A stretch of DNA of 32,023 nucleotides from a virus: positions 1 to 32,023 of the IMG/VR virus record IMGVR_UViG_3300045988_030341; one strand, given 5' to 3'. Positions within the stretch are counted from its first letter, which is position 1, and each line of letters begins with the position of its first letter. Shown in pieces: positions 31,443-32,023 of the stretch. A program made the position numbers and the translations under genes. The notes beneath the pieces are model-generated. The model was not told the DNA's origin, made no database searches, and saw only the letters and a list, made by a program, of their open reading frames with translations.

Positions 31443-32023
31443 ATGGGGAAATACGATTCATACGTAAACGCGGAAGGTGTCAGAATTTCAAAGGTAACGG
31501 GAAAACCGTTGAAAAAGTATAATAAGGTCAACAAGGCATACTGGGCAGCTCGTGAAGGCAAAGCATTGGCAGGGGTACAGCAACCTATAGTTGAGGCAGA
31601 CCCCTTGATAGAGGAGCTTAAAAGCTATTACAACGAAGAAGAATTAAAGGGTATTATCAGTTTGAAGAAGGACGCGCCGCCCGTCGAACTGGTACGCATC
31701 GCACCGAAGAAAAAGACATCGCCCGACGAGGGAAACACTGGTTTTCTTATTGCATCAGACTGGCACGCCGACGAAGTAGTAAAAGCTTCTACAGTATTGG
31801 GCAAAAACGAGTATAACAAAGATATCGCGGAAAAGCGTATCACTAATTTCTTTGCAAATGCCGCCTATATGATTAAGAAAAAGCCGGTAGATAACTTGGT
31901 TATCGGTTTAATCGGCGATTTGACAGGCGGATATATCCACCCCGAACTCGGGCAAACAAACAGCATGTCCCCGATGCGCGGAATAAGCTTCGTCAAGAAC
32001 CTGATTATTTCCGGGCTTAAGTA
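31443..32023 (+). CDS. Calcineurin-like metallophosphoesterase, N-terminal part (continues at 2..619; 366 aa in total)
   Basis: ATG at 31443 with no stop before the window end. Motif I is SDWHAD (DxH) and motif II is GDLTGG. The last 99 nt are the terminal repeat. Confidence 0.85.
   Translation, partial: MGKYDSYVNAEGVRISKVTGKPLKKYNKVNKAYWAAREGKALAGVQQPIVEADPLIEELKSYYNEEELKGIISLKKDAPPVELVRIAPKKKTSPDEGNTGFLIASDWHADEVVKASTVLGKNEYNKDIAEKRITNFFANAAYMIKKKPVDNLVIGLIGDLTGGYIHPELGQTNSMSPMRGISFVKNLIISGLK
31925..32023. repeat. Terminal direct repeat, right copy (identical to 1..99)
   Basis: Direct comparison with bases 1-99 shows no mismatch. Confidence 0.95.

Noticed and set aside
1-32023. Stop-codon reassignment (TAG or TGA recoding), as seen in some gut Bacteroidota phages
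   Set aside because: All large genes close with standard stops and abut the next start (ATGA, TAATG and GTGA overlaps). No long gene appears fragmented by in-frame TAG or TGA, and the two large gaps contain stops of all three kinds in every frame.
1-32023. Lysogeny module, tRNA genes, diversity-generating retroelement or other reverse-transcriptase system
   Set aside because: No ORF shows integrase/recombinase, repressor (HTH plus peptidase) or reverse-transcriptase (YxDD) signatures. No cloverleaf-compatible sequence was seen. The repeats present are non-coding and not template/variable-repeat pairs within a gene.

Overview
This window is the complete genome of a small tailed dsDNA phage, and all credible genes lie on the + strand. 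Bases 1-99 recur exactly at 31925-32023. The molecule is therefore circular, circularly permuted or terminally redundant, with a 31,924-nt unit. One gene, a calcineurin-like metallophosphoesterase, runs across that junction.

The regulatory grammar points to a Bacteroidota host: TAnnTTTG -7 boxes, one perfect TTTG-N20-TAnnTTTG promoter, A-rich leaders that mostly lack Shine-Dalgarno sequences, and a signal peptide followed by Gln. I saw no integrase, repressor, phage RNA polymerase, tRNA or CRISPR array. It looks like a virulent phage transcribed by host RNA polymerase.

The genes form two blocks.
- The early/replication block runs 28081 -> junction -> 10993. It carries a recognisable module of Cas4-like PD-(D/E)XK exonuclease, gp2.5-like SSB, metallophosphoesterase, family A DNA polymerase, primase-helicase, VRR-NUC nuclease and SNF2 helicase, plus many small orphan ORFs.
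- The late block runs 11630..27652. It carries terminase small and large subunits, tail/baseplate-like proteins, a tape-measure-like protein, protease-scaffold, capsid, three tandem paralogues, a portal candidate, holin, GH108 endolysin and a spanin-like protein, in an atypical order.

The most unusual signal is non-coding. The two block boundaries are the two largest gene-free gaps (10994-11629 and 27653-28080). Each holds a diverged copy of the same roughly 210-nt structured element. The element has nested ACACAG/CTGTGT inverted repeats around a 40-nt core that is identical in both copies.

Other points worth a second look:
- an A13 homopolymer that fuses the VRR-NUC gene to the next ORF
- a 42-bp tandem repeat that duplicates the endolysin start region
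- a small HExxH protein gene with its own consensus promoter inside the virion module
- reiterated promoter cassettes

All functional calls rest on motifs I could read by eye. No database search was run.
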